NCBI RefSeq assembly: GCF_024700885.2
Contig: NZ_CP117016.1
DNA: 64,000 bases
Direction: 5' to 3' (one strand)
Origin: Escherichia coli
Lineage (GTDB): Bacteria; Pseudomonadota; Gammaproteobacteria; Enterobacterales; Enterobacteriaceae
How positions within the stretch are numbered: position 1 is the first letter of the stretch; every line of letters begins with the position of its first letter. The position numbers and the translations under genes are program-made. The notes under the pieces were generated by a model. That model had not been told where the DNA came from, did no database searches, and saw only the letters and a list, made by a program, of their open reading frames with translations. Below are positions 30,068 through 38,689 of this stretch, in pieces.

Positions 30068-32736
30068 CAATACAGACGGTTACGCAGATTTCAGCCGCCG
30101 CACGGGGGAAATGGCCCGTTATTCTGCAGATGCTGCGTATTGATGTACCTGAAAACGGCAGGCACGGTCCCTGCCCGAAATGTGGGGGCAAGGATCGTTT
30201 TCGCCTTGATGACCTTGACGGGCGCGGGACGTGGATCTGCAGCCAGTGTGGCAATGGTGACGGTCTGGATCTGGTTAAGCTCGTAACCGGTTACAGCGTC
30301 AGAAAGGCTGCGCAGGAGGTGGCGCAGGTGCTTAATGTGCCGAATATGCAGGAACTGCCTGTTAAGCCTGCCAGACAAAAAGCCCCTAAACGCGACATGG
30401 GTCTTACCGTGGCGGCGCTGATGAAAGAGAGCCACACGGGAGAAAGCGCCTATCTGACAGGAAAAGGGTTCGCCGGATACCCGGCCTCTCTGACCGGAAG
30501 CGTGCAGCATATCAGCGGTAAGGATTTCCCTGCCGGTTCCCTGCTGTTACCACTCACGACCAACACCGGAGCCGTGACCGGTGCACAGCTTATCGCCCCG
30601 ACGGGTGAAAAAAGCATACTGCCCGGCAGCACGATGAAAGGCGCGTTTGTGTCGCTCAGCCCGTTACCGTCTGAACCACCGGTACAGGTGGTGATTACCG
30701 AAGGTTACGCTACGGCGCTGACGGTAAGTCAGCTCACTGCCGGATGCGTAGTGGCTGCCATATCTGCGGGCAACCTGCCCAATGTGGCGCAGTCGCTGCG
30801 GGCACGCTGGCCTGAGGTAAAAATTATCATCGCCGGTGATAACGATTTTCAGGACGGAGATGAGAATCCCGGCAGAGCCTTTGCTGAACGGGCGGCAAAA
30901 GCTGTTGGCGGCTGGATGACGCTGCCACCAGGAGAGATTAAGGCTGACTGGAATGACTTTCATCGGGAGCACGGTATTACCCGTGCCCGTGAAGCCTTTC
31001 GCAACGGTCTGGTACTGTGCGGGGAAGGCCGCACGCAACTGCCGCACGGGTTCCGTCTTACCCAGGAATATCTCTGGTATGAAAAGCAGGTACAGCGCAA
31101 CGGTGAGACGGAGATCCAGAACGTCAAAATATGCAGCCCGCTGCGCGTGACGGCAATCACCTGCGATGCCGATGGCGGTAACTTCGGACGACTGCTGGAA
31201 TGGGAAGATACGTGGGGTGAGTGTCGCCGCTGGGCGATGCCGATGGAAATGCTGAGCGGCAGTGGTGAGGAACTGCGCCGGGTACTGCTGGTTAACGGGC
31301 TGTCTTATATCAGCACCACCGGTGAGGCACGCGCACGCCTGATGGAATATATCTCACTGTGTAAACCGGAACGCCGCGTGACCTGCGTCAGTCGTACTGG
31401 CTGGCATGGTCAGGTTTACGTCCTGCAGGATGAGGTCAGCGGTGAAGGTGCAGAGGGTGTCATTCTCCAGACCACTTCCGTGCAGGGGCGTGATTTCCGC
31501 GTGTCGGGCACAACAGAGGAATGGCGGGAGCATGTATCCCGCTACTGTACCGGCAACTCCCGCGTGGCATTTGCTGTCAGCCTGGCCTTTGCTGCACCAC
31601 TGTTACGGCTGGTTGGTATGGACGGCGGCGGCTACCACCTCAAAGGGGAATCGACAGACGGTAAGACCACCACCATGAAAGCGGCAACCTCCGTCTGCGG
31701 CGGGCCTGACTACTGGCAGACATGGCGGGCCACCGGCAACGCGCTGGAGGGATGCGCCAGCCGCCGCAACGATGCCGCCATGATGCTTGATGAGATCCGG
31801 GAAGTTGACGGACGCGAGGCAGGCAATATCGCCTACATGCTGGCAAACGGTCAGGGCAAGGGCCGTGCCGGTACGGACGGTGAGCTGCGTACCCGTAAGC
31901 AGTGGCGCCTGTTGTTCTTTTCAACTGGCGAGTTGTCTCTGACCGAACATGCGGCAAAGGCCGGTGAGCGTACTTTTGCCGGGATGGAAGTCAGGATGAT
32001 CCAGATCCCCAGCGATTCCGGGAAGTTTGGCGTTTTTGAGGAGCTGCACGGCTTCGACAGCGGCAAGGCTCTGGCAGAGCATCTTGAATGGGCCACGTCC
32101 TGCTACTACGGTTCGCCGTTCCGGGAGTGGCTGAAAGCACTGACCGCTGATCTTAACGGACTAACGGCACAGGCAAAATCGCTGATGAAGGAATATGCTG
32201 CCGCCCTGACTCCGAAAGATGCAGGCAATCAGGTGGGCCGGGCTGTGAACCGCTTTGCTCTGGTGGCGATGGCAGGTGAACTGGCAACCCGTCTGGGTAT
32301 CACCGGCTGGCCTGAGGGTGAAGCACTGCGGGCAACCCGCGTCTGCCTGAACGCATGGCTGAAAGATCGCGGGCACACCGCCAATCAGGAAGATATCGCC
32401 GCACTGGAGCAGGTTCGCAGTTTCTTTACCGCGAATCAGTACAGCCGCTTTGCAGACTGGTATGACGAGCGCAACCGCCCCGGCAATATGGTGGGCTGGC
32501 GCAGGGTGGAGAAAGGCAGTACCGCGCAGGGCACGGAAGCTGTCACTACGTTCTATGTCATGCCGTCCGGCTGGAAAGAAATCTGCAGGGGATTTGACCC
32601 GCGCAAGGTGGCGCGTCTGTGCGCAGATCGTGGATACCTGCTGCCCTCCACAGATGGCAAACTCCAGACAACCATTCGCCCGCCAGAGATGAATCCCCGC
32701 AGGCTCTATGTCTTCAACAGCGAGGTGCCTGGTTAA
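30064..32736 (+). CDS. P4 alpha-type primase/helicase (zinc-binding primase domain, Toprim, P-loop NTPase)
   Basis: 890 aa; N-terminal Cys4 zinc motif (CPKCGGKDRF...CSQCGNGDG), Toprim-like acidic region, Walker A GESTDGKTT. Confidence 0.88.
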   Translation: MTIQTVTQISAAARGKWPVILQMLRIDVPENGRHGPCPKCGGKDRFRLDDLDGRGTWICSQCGNGDGLDLVKLVTGYSVRKAAQEVAQVLNVPNMQELPVKPARQKAPKRDMGLTVAALMKESHTGESAYLTGKGFAGYPASLTGSVQHISGKDFPAGSLLLPLTTNTGAVTGAQLIAPTGEKSILPGSTMKGAFVSLSPLPSEPPVQVVITEGYATALTVSQLTAGCVVAAISAGNLPNVAQSLRARWPEVKIIIAGDNDFQDGDENPGRAFAERAAKAVGGWMTLPPGEIKADWNDFHREHGITRAREAFRNGLVLCGEGRTQLPHGFRLTQEYLWYEKQVQRNGETEIQNVKICSPLRVTAITCDADGGNFGRLLEWEDTWGECRRWAMPMEMLSGSGEELRRVLLVNGLSYISTTGEARARLMEYISLCKPERRVTCVSRTGWHGQVYVLQDEVSGEGAEGVILQTTSVQGRDFRVSGTTEEWREHVSRYCTGNSRVAFAVSLAFAAPLLRLVGMDGGGYHLKGESTDGKTTTMKAATSVCGGPDYWQTWRATGNALEGCASRRNDAAMMLDEIREVDGREAGNIAYMLANGQGKGRAGTDGELRTRKQWRLLFFSTGELSLTEHAAKAGERTFAGMEVRMIQIPSDSGKFGVFEELHGFDSGKALAEHLEWATSCYYGSPFREWLKALTADLNGLTAQAKSLMKEYAAALTPKDAGNQVGRAVNRFALVAMAGELATRLGITGWPEGEALRATRVCLNAWLKDRGHTANQEDIAALEQVRSFFTANQYSRFADWYDERNRPGNMVGWRRVEKGSTAQGTEAVTTFYVMPSGWKEICRGFDPRKVARLCADRGYLLPSTDGKLQTTIRPPEMNPRRLYVFNSEVPG

Positions 32737-32769
32737 GGCTTTGCGTGAGTCTTATTTATTAAGGGTAAC

Positions 32770-32960
32770 AGGTGAAACAGGTGGAACAACCGTATTTTAC
32801 AGGGCTGAACCTGTTCCACCTTCTGAAATAGTGAGGTGGAACAGATGTAACGCCAGCCAATCCGCTGTTCCACCTTGTTACCCGCGATGTTCCACCGGTG
32901 CAGTGTATATAAATGCCTTATAAAACAAAGCCGTAACACATGTTTCACCTGTTCCACCGC
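32770..32960. repeat. iteron cluster (repeated GGTGGAACA/TGTTCCACC motif), candidate replication origin/crr
   Basis: At least six copies of the TGTTCCACC core in both orientations within about 190 bp directly downstream of the primase gene. Confidence 0.55.
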
Positions 32961-33046
32961 ATCAGGGACATAAAGCAGACTGAAACAGAGGGCATTTTTA
33001 TCTGGCTGGCTTTCATAGCCACGTCTGAATAACCGCAAGCGCCCGT

Positions 33047-33102
33047 TGTGCCAGCCACCACACACTGAACACCGATAGTGTGCTTGTGTCAGCCACGACA
33101 CA
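33047..33102 (+). promoter_or_regulatory. two TGT-N12-ACA dyads (Ogr/Delta-type activator sites), candidate late promoter
   Basis: TGTgccagccaccacACA (33047-33064) and TGTgtcagccacgacACA (33085-33102) upstream of the sid-like gene. Confidence 0.5.
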
Positions 33103-33136
33103 ATTGACGTAACGAACCAACCCGACAGGAGAAGTC

Positions 33137-33880
33137 ATGAACAATACCGCAGTAAATAACAACCTTTCCACTTTTCCGGCTGTAACGCAGCGGGCACTGG
33201 AAACCATGAACACAGCCAGAAACGCATGGCTTGAAGCACGTCGTCAGCAGAAAGCGGCAGCGGATAATATTGCGACAATCCGCCAGCGTCGCGCTGAAAT
33301 GGAAGCCACGACGAACACACTGAATGAGGAGTGGCGCACGCTGTTTCGTGAAAGTCAGGGCGTGATCTCAAAGGAAATGAAAAAACTGCGCACGGAAATT
33401 GCGCTGGGACGAGAAACGCTTGAGGATTTTGATGAGCTGCTGGCGGCTCAGGAAAGCGAAAATGCACTTTTGCCGCAGAAAGCTGCAGAATTAGCCGGAA
33501 AGTATATCCACGCGCATAACATTCTTGTGGATATTCGCGCAAAACAAATCTGGGAGGATTTTATGCAGTCGCATGGAAAAGTGCTTATTCAGACGCTGAG
33601 CCTGCTTAAATCCACAATGGGCCGGGAAGCCAGTGCCGTTGTGGGTGTGGTGAATTCAGTTAATGACCCGGACACAGTGCTGAAAGACTTTATTCATAAA
33701 TATATCACCAGACCGGCTCTGGCTAACGATGCGATGCCTGAGCAGGACCCGGTGTTTAAACTGGCGGGAGTTGCCCCGGATTATGCGGCGCGTCTGGATT
33801 TCAGTAATCAACTCTCTCCGGCAGCTATGCATAAAATTAAGGTTCGTCAGGAACTTGCTGAGAAGGAGAAAGCAGTATGA
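33137..33880 (+). CDS. Sid-like capsid size-determination (external scaffold) protein
   Basis: 247-aa helix-rich protein; first gene of the late operon downstream of the TGT-N12-ACA dyads and immediately upstream of the Psu-like gene; assignment by context and size. Confidence 0.45.
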   Translation: MNNTAVNNNLSTFPAVTQRALETMNTARNAWLEARRQQKAAADNIATIRQRRAEMEATTNTLNEEWRTLFRESQGVISKEMKKLRTEIALGRETLEDFDELLAAQESENALLPQKAAELAGKYIHAHNILVDIRAKQIWEDFMQSHGKVLIQTLSLLKSTMGREASAVVGVVNSVNDPDTVLKDFIHKYITRPALANDAMPEQDPVFKLAGVAPDYAARLDFSNQLSPAAMHKIKVRQELAEKEKAV

Positions 33881-34428
33881 CGGCCCGAGGCACGCCTGAC
33901 CAGGCACTTACCAGTTTTCGGAATGCCCGTATTCTGTGGGCCGGACATAATGAGAGCCGAAAAGCCGTTGAACAACAGATAACATCTCTCCTCGCTGCCA
34001 CAGAAAAACCAGCAGATTATGCCCGACAGCTCGAATTACTGCGGGAACGTCTGGATGTGCTGAAATGGCAAATTAACTGTGCTGCGCGCGAATGCATTTA
34101 CTCGCAGCATTTACTGATGGAGGCCTGCACAGAAGCCGCTCTCAGCAATTTTATGCAGGCGAATGGGGCAGCCCTGACATCTGCACTGGCTCCGTTCCTG
34201 AAGGGGCGCGGAGGGGTTGACGTTGCGTCCCGTATATTACGCAGTGCTCTGGTTCGCCAGCTGGCAATAACACCGCCTGAATTTGCCGGGGATTATCGTG
34301 AGATCCTGGATGAATCCGGTTTGATGCTTGACCCCGGGATGATTCGTGATTGCCAGGGTTCTTACACCCCGGCACAACATCTGCGTTTTCAGCAACGCCT
34401 GAATGACATTAACGATATACAGGAGTGA
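33877..34428 (+). CDS. Psu-like polarity-suppression / capsid-decoration protein
   Basis: 183 aa; motifs recalled from P4 Psu (LKWQINCAAR, HG.ALA.ALAP, TPAQHLRFQQR); 4-nt overlap with the sid-like gene. Confidence 0.65.
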   Translation: MTARGTPDQALTSFRNARILWAGHNESRKAVEQQITSLLAATEKPADYARQLELLRERLDVLKWQINCAARECIYSQHLLMEACTEAALSNFMQANGAALTSALAPFLKGRGGVDVASRILRSALVRQLAITPPEFAGDYREILDESGLMLDPGMIRDCQGSYTPAQHLRFQQRLNDINDIQE

Positions 34429-34433
34429 TATTA

Positions 34434-34706
34434 ATGGCACTTAAATGTCCGGAATGCGGTACAGTTGCACACGCCAGAACAGCAGCCTATGAAGCTCCGT
34501 CAGTTAAACGCTCGTGGTATCAGTGCCAGAATCTGGAATGTTCCTGCACATTTACGGCACTGGAGAGTGTGGATAAGATAATCATGAAACCCCGGCGCAA
34601 TGAACAGGAACCAGACAAATCACAAACCCCGGTAAAACAACAGCAAACGCTCAATCGCTATGGCTCCGCGTCAAAACTGTCAAGCCGTCAGCAGATTCCT
34701 GTCTGA
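34434..34706 (+). CDS. Ogr/Delta-family zinc-finger late transcriptional activator
   Basis: ORF 34425..34706; start trimmed to MALKCPECG with AGGAG upstream; Cys4 pattern CPECG...CQNLEC typical of Ogr/Delta. Confidence 0.75.
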   Translation: MALKCPECGTVAHARTAAYEAPSVKRSWYQCQNLECSCTFTALESVDKIIMKPRRNEQEPDKSQTPVKQQQTLNRYGSASKLSSRQQIPV

Positions 34707-34727
34707 TTAGAAAAAAAATGCCCACGT

Positions 34728-34753
34728 AATCCCGGTCGAGTACTGGGATTTTT
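34728..34753 (+). terminator. rho-independent terminator-like hairpin after the late operon
   Basis: aatccc-ggtcgagtact-gggatt stem-loop followed by a T run. Confidence 0.4.
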
Positions 34754-35289
34754 AACACCTTACCCCTGGCTGGCCTGAGAGCGCATGAGTGCATGTCTAT
34801 GGCGCATGAAAACGCATGAGTCTCATGCACCATTTTTGACGCGAAAGCCCTTGTGTGGTGGCTTCTGAGACGATTAATGAGGTGCATGAAAACCAGTCTG
34901 TTAAGTGAAGCGGGAAGGCGTGCGGGGCTGCGCACGTAGCAGGGTTAAATGGTCAATTCTGGCGCAGCTCACGACATTAAGTCAGCCTCAATAGATGTAC
35001 GTGTTGGTAGGGGTAATTCGCTACTTTTTTGTATCCTAAATTGTATGGTTTGATGCTGATCGTTTCTTCACCGCACCTGCAGAGATATCAATTCAATGTG
35101 GACAAAAATGAGTCTGGCTCTTTCCGTATCACTAGAATTGCCAGTATTGTTAGGGATGATGCCCATATCATACGGAGGGAGCCAGTGGGGGCGATTGCGC
35201 GTGGAAAGTGCTTTGGATTTATTCATCGGTTTTATGATTCTACATAAGGAGCAAAGGTACTTGTATCGTATGAAAAAAAATAGTATAGA

Positions 35290-35520
35290 TATAATGCTCC
35301 TTACGCGTTATGGCATAGTTATATGCTAGTCGGGCGATTAGCCAGACTCGAACTTATTGAACGGTATTAGGGTTGCGCTTGGTGTGCCTCTGGATTGCAC
35401 TCCATGCTGTCGCGCAATCCAGAGGCACACCAAGCGCTTCCTTTAGGTAAGTGAGTAAAAACAGCACCTTCTTCGATTTATGATGAAGGTGCTGCAATCG
35501 TAACGTTTTTTGTATACACG
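35290..35520 (+). ncRNA. candidate retron msr-msd non-coding RNA
   Basis: Non-coding stretch directly upstream of the effector-RT pair with a perfect 24-bp stem (35375-35398 / 35414-35437, 15-nt loop) and a second 10-bp stem (35462-35471 / 35485-35494); exact ends and a1/a2 repeats not resolved. Confidence 0.55.
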
Positions 35521-35529
35521 GATAGTATA

Positions 35530-36498
35530 GTGGCTGAGACATACGAAGATAAAGTTGCTAATCATGTTTCAGAGTGGGAAATGGAAAATTTCCGTGTATG
35601 TTATGATGATCAGGTTATTTTCTTATGTGGTGCGGAAGTACTTCCTCAAGGAAGTGTTCAGACTTCAATGAGAGGGCATTTTTATCACTATTGCCTGAAT
35701 AAAAATAAAGATATAGCTGATAAAATAATTCTTGCCGAAAACTTCAAAAAATATCTTCAAAATAATCATTATCCAGACTTAATAACTTTTGAGCATGATG
35801 TTGCAAGTATATCTAGTTTAGTTGTTATTTTCTTGGAAAGCAGTGGTTCAATTGCTGAGTTAGGTGTTTTCTGTAATATTAGTGATGTCAATAAAAAATT
35901 ATTGATATTTGTTCCATCAGATGAAGTTGAAGGTGACAAGAAAGAGTCTTTCATTTACTTAGGGCCTTTATTGTTTTTAAAAGAAAAGGTCAATGAAAAA
36001 GCATTTAAGATTTATCCAAAACCCACTAATGGTTCTGATTACTCCGAGCATTTAGAGATTATGGCTGATGACTTGGCTGAACTATTACCTAGAAGTGGTA
36101 AGTTTGAAAGCTTCGATCCTGACAATTTAGGGCATATAGCTTTTCTTATATGCAGAATTGTGCATTTAGTAATGCCTATTAAGCTAAAGGAAATATTAAA
36201 TTGTTTAAAAATAATAGGTATCAATAAATATACTCTGACTGAGGTTGAAAGAATTTTGTTTTTATTGGAAACATTGGGTTTTATAAATATTTATCCGTAT
36301 GGCGATTTAAAATACTATTATTCAATGCAAGCCAGGCAAAATCTTAAATTAGGGAAAAATAAAACCGGATTCACAATCGATGAGGCTGGTATTTTTACTG
36401 ATATTAGTGTTTTTATCAATGACAATAAATTATGTAGTGATAAAAAAAGACGGCTGGTTTTGAAAGGCATTAAGGAGAAGCATAATGGACATAATTAA
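35530..36498 (+). CDS. retron effector candidate: nucleoside 2-deoxyribosyltransferase-like (NDT-like) protein with C-terminal putative DNA-binding region
   Basis: 322 aa (GTG start in the ORF track); Rossmann-like N-terminus with ESSGSIAELG motif resembling the NDT-family catalytic Glu region; overlaps the RT gene by 14 nt; AT-rich. Confidence 0.6.
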   Translation: MAETYEDKVANHVSEWEMENFRVCYDDQVIFLCGAEVLPQGSVQTSMRGHFYHYCLNKNKDIADKIILAENFKKYLQNNHYPDLITFEHDVASISSLVVIFLESSGSIAELGVFCNISDVNKKLLIFVPSDEVEGDKKESFIYLGPLLFLKEKVNEKAFKIYPKPTNGSDYSEHLEIMADDLAELLPRSGKFESFDPDNLGHIAFLICRIVHLVMPIKLKEILNCLKIIGINKYTLTEVERILFLLETLGFINIYPYGDLKYYYSMQARQNLKLGKNKTGFTIDEAGIFTDISVFINDNKLCSDKKRRLVLKGIKEKHNGHN

Positions 36499-37417
36499 AA
36501 AAATCGCAGATGAAACTCTAATGCCGGTATCAAAAGTATCTGCTTTTATATTTACAGCCCCATATAGATATAAAGTATATCCCATCCCCAAAAGGAATGG
36601 TGGGTTTAGGGAGATTGCTCAACCGTCAAGGGCATTAAAGTTTATGCAAAGGATTGTTATTGCTGAACTAGAGAAAGTACTTAAGGTTCATGAAAACGCA
36701 TATGCTTATGTCAAAGGACGTAGTATAAAAGATAATGTGGAAAAGCATCAAAGAAACTCTTATATTTTGAAAGTTGATTTCTGCGACTTTTTTAATAGCA
36801 TAAACCCTTACGACCTTGAGTTATGTTTAAAAAACAATGGGTTAGACTCATTGTTAAGCTCACAAGAATTATTGAATAAACTTTTTTTCTATAAGAAAAG
36901 TAAAAGAGGTGCTTTATCAATGAGCATCGGGGCACCTAGTTCTCCATTTTTGTCAAATGCGATTATGTATAAGTTTGATTCAGTCATTAGTGATATGTGT
37001 TCAAATAAAAATATTACTTATACAAGATATGCTGATGATCTTACATTTTCTACTAATGAAAAAGGTATTTTGTATGAATTCATACATGAAATAGATAAAG
37101 TTCTTGAGGAGATAGATAGTCCTAAATTAAAACTAAATGATAAGAAAACCATATTTGCATCTAAAAAATGCAATCGTCATATAACAGGAATTGTTATTAA
37201 TAACGAAGAAAAACTTTCAATTGGTAGAGATAAAAAACGTTACTTAAGTAGTTTAATTCATAAATTCTCGCTTAATGCACTTAATGAGGAAGGAGTTGAA
37301 CATTTAAAAGGGTATTTGGCGTATGTAAATAAAATTGAACCTTCATTCATTAGCAGAATGAAAAGGAAATATGGAGTCGAAGTTGTCAACTCCATAATCA
37401 CATTTAATCCATTATAA
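36485..37417 (+). CDS. retron-type reverse transcriptase
   Basis: 310 aa; RT motifs YRYKVYPIPKRNGGFREIAQPSRALK, VDFCDFFNSI, GAPSSPFLSNAIM, TRYADDLTFS (YADD active site), HITGIVI; distant resemblance to the Ec86 RT. Confidence 0.9.
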   Translation: MDIIKKIADETLMPVSKVSAFIFTAPYRYKVYPIPKRNGGFREIAQPSRALKFMQRIVIAELEKVLKVHENAYAYVKGRSIKDNVEKHQRNSYILKVDFCDFFNSINPYDLELCLKNNGLDSLLSSQELLNKLFFYKKSKRGALSMSIGAPSSPFLSNAIMYKFDSVISDMCSNKNITYTRYADDLTFSTNEKGILYEFIHEIDKVLEEIDSPKLKLNDKKTIFASKKCNRHITGIVINNEEKLSIGRDKKRYLSSLIHKFSLNALNEEGVEHLKGYLAYVNKIEPSFISRMKRKYGVEVVNSIITFNPL

Positions 37418-37894
37418 ATGTGAACTTATTATATTTATAATGGTTGTGCTTTTTTCTTGTACCTTAGGGGTGTAAAAGAATGTCATCATGAAGATAATTA
37501 AAAAATGAATGGCAATAAGAGTAATAGGTAACATTTTTTCAATATCACTTAAATGGCGATGCCTTTTTTGTGTAATAACTTCCTCTTCTCTTTTGAAAGG
37601 AGTTATACCTATCTTGACCTCCATCTCCTGAATTACTGTAAACTTAGCAGCATTAATTCTTTTATAGGAAGTAATTAGATTTATCCAATAGATATTAATT
37701 ACGACTCCAGCGAGAGAGATTAAGATTACCCAAATAGGCTGTATTGTTGGCTTTAAAGAAAAATATCCAACAAGCGGTAAAATAGAAGAGTTTAAGGCTA
37801 ATAAAAATGTATTTGACTTAAGTCTTCGATCACTTATTCTATCCGCCATCTCAACGCATGTTTTATATATTTCTATGACTTTATCATCCGTCAC
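37412..37894 (-). CDS. small three-TM membrane protein of unknown function (candidate defence/abortive-infection effector)
   Basis: 160 aa with three predicted hydrophobic helices; AT-rich; convergent with the RT gene, its stop codon overlapping the RT's last codon. Confidence 0.55.
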   Translation of the reverse strand: MTDDKVIEIYKTCVEMADRISDRRLKSNTFLLALNSSILPLVGYFSLKPTIQPIWVILISLAGVVINIYWINLITSYKRINAAKFTVIQEMEVKIGITPFKREEEVITQKRHRHLSDIEKMLPITLIAIHFLIIFMMTFFYTPKVQEKSTTIINIISSHL

Positions 37895-38137
37895 TAATAG
37901 TATCCTTATAAATTTCTGAGTTGTTCAAATAAATGTTATCATATATTTTTATCAACGTAATATGTATTTTTACGTATTTTTAACTGTGAGAGATACATAG
38001 TGATTGTTGGGTGCATGTACAATCCTTGATACTTAACAATGAAAGCGTAGTTGTGGGGGGGGGGCATATTTGGGGGCATTACTATTTAATCTTTCTTGAT
38101 TTTTATTATAAAACAACTGGTTGTATTGATGTTTTGT

Positions 38138-38154
38138 TCCTATTATCGCACCAT
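38138..38154 (+). repeat. attR: degenerate direct repeat of the thrW 3' end (island right boundary)
   Basis: tcctattatcg-caccat matches the tRNA 3' end tcctattatcggcaccat with one missing G. Confidence 0.5.
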
Positions 38155-38280
38155 TTAAATCAAGTAGTTACCTCACATTCAATTACACCACATTTTCCTC
38201 CTGTGCCGTATTTGTGCCATTGTAACCCTGGCAATTCATCAAAATACTGTTCTGACATCAGGCAGTGCAGGTGCAGACAT

Positions 38281-38496
38281 TTAAGCCAATTGCTGCCGCC
38301 ATTCCTTGACGTGGTCAATCAGGGCGCGGAGCTTTGGTGCAATATTGCGACGCTGTGGGAAATACAGATAGAAGCCCGGAAATTGTGGAAGAAAGTCATC
38401 AAGCAGCGATACAAGCTTACCGCTTTCAATATATGGCCTGAAAGTTTCCTGAGTGGCAATTGTTATGCCTGCGCCGGCAAGAGCCAGCCTCAACAT
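38281..38496 (-). pseudogene. LysR-family regulator, C-terminal fragment only
   Basis: 71-aa ORF matching only the C-terminal effector-domain end of the LysR paralogues in this window (...FPGFYLYFPQRRNIAPKLRALIDHV); no HTH N-terminus. Confidence 0.55.
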
Positions 38497-38689
38497 CAGA
38501 CGCAGATCATTCTGCTAATCCCACCGATGCTTCGGTCTGGAGTGGTAAATTAATATTGGACACAGTTTTATTTTCTCTCTTTTTCGAGGGCTATATGAAC
38601 AGGAAGAATACATCCCTAAGCGGTTAATGCTGGCGTAATCAATAGACCAGCATTAATCACAGATGATTACCAATCAGACAGAAATGGTT

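Noticed and set aside
30091-31957. Several antisense ORFs within the primase gene
   Set aside because: All lie opposite the 890-aa primase/helicase frame; Arg/Pro-rich shadow ORFs.
32770-32960. Possible CRISPR array because of repeated short motifs
   Set aside because: Repeats are only 9 bp, in both orientations and irregularly spaced, and no cas genes are nearby; they fit replication-origin iterons instead.
35029-35329. Small ORFs (72 and 77 aa) between the cos-like region and the retron ncRNA
   Set aside because: No ribosome-binding context or recognisable motif; the region is more plausibly promoter/leader of the retron ncRNA.
38011-38553. 180-aa plus-strand ORF spanning attR and the LysR fragment
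   Set aside because: Crosses the island boundary and overlaps the LysR remnant on the other strand; includes the G10 tract; translation is low-complexity.
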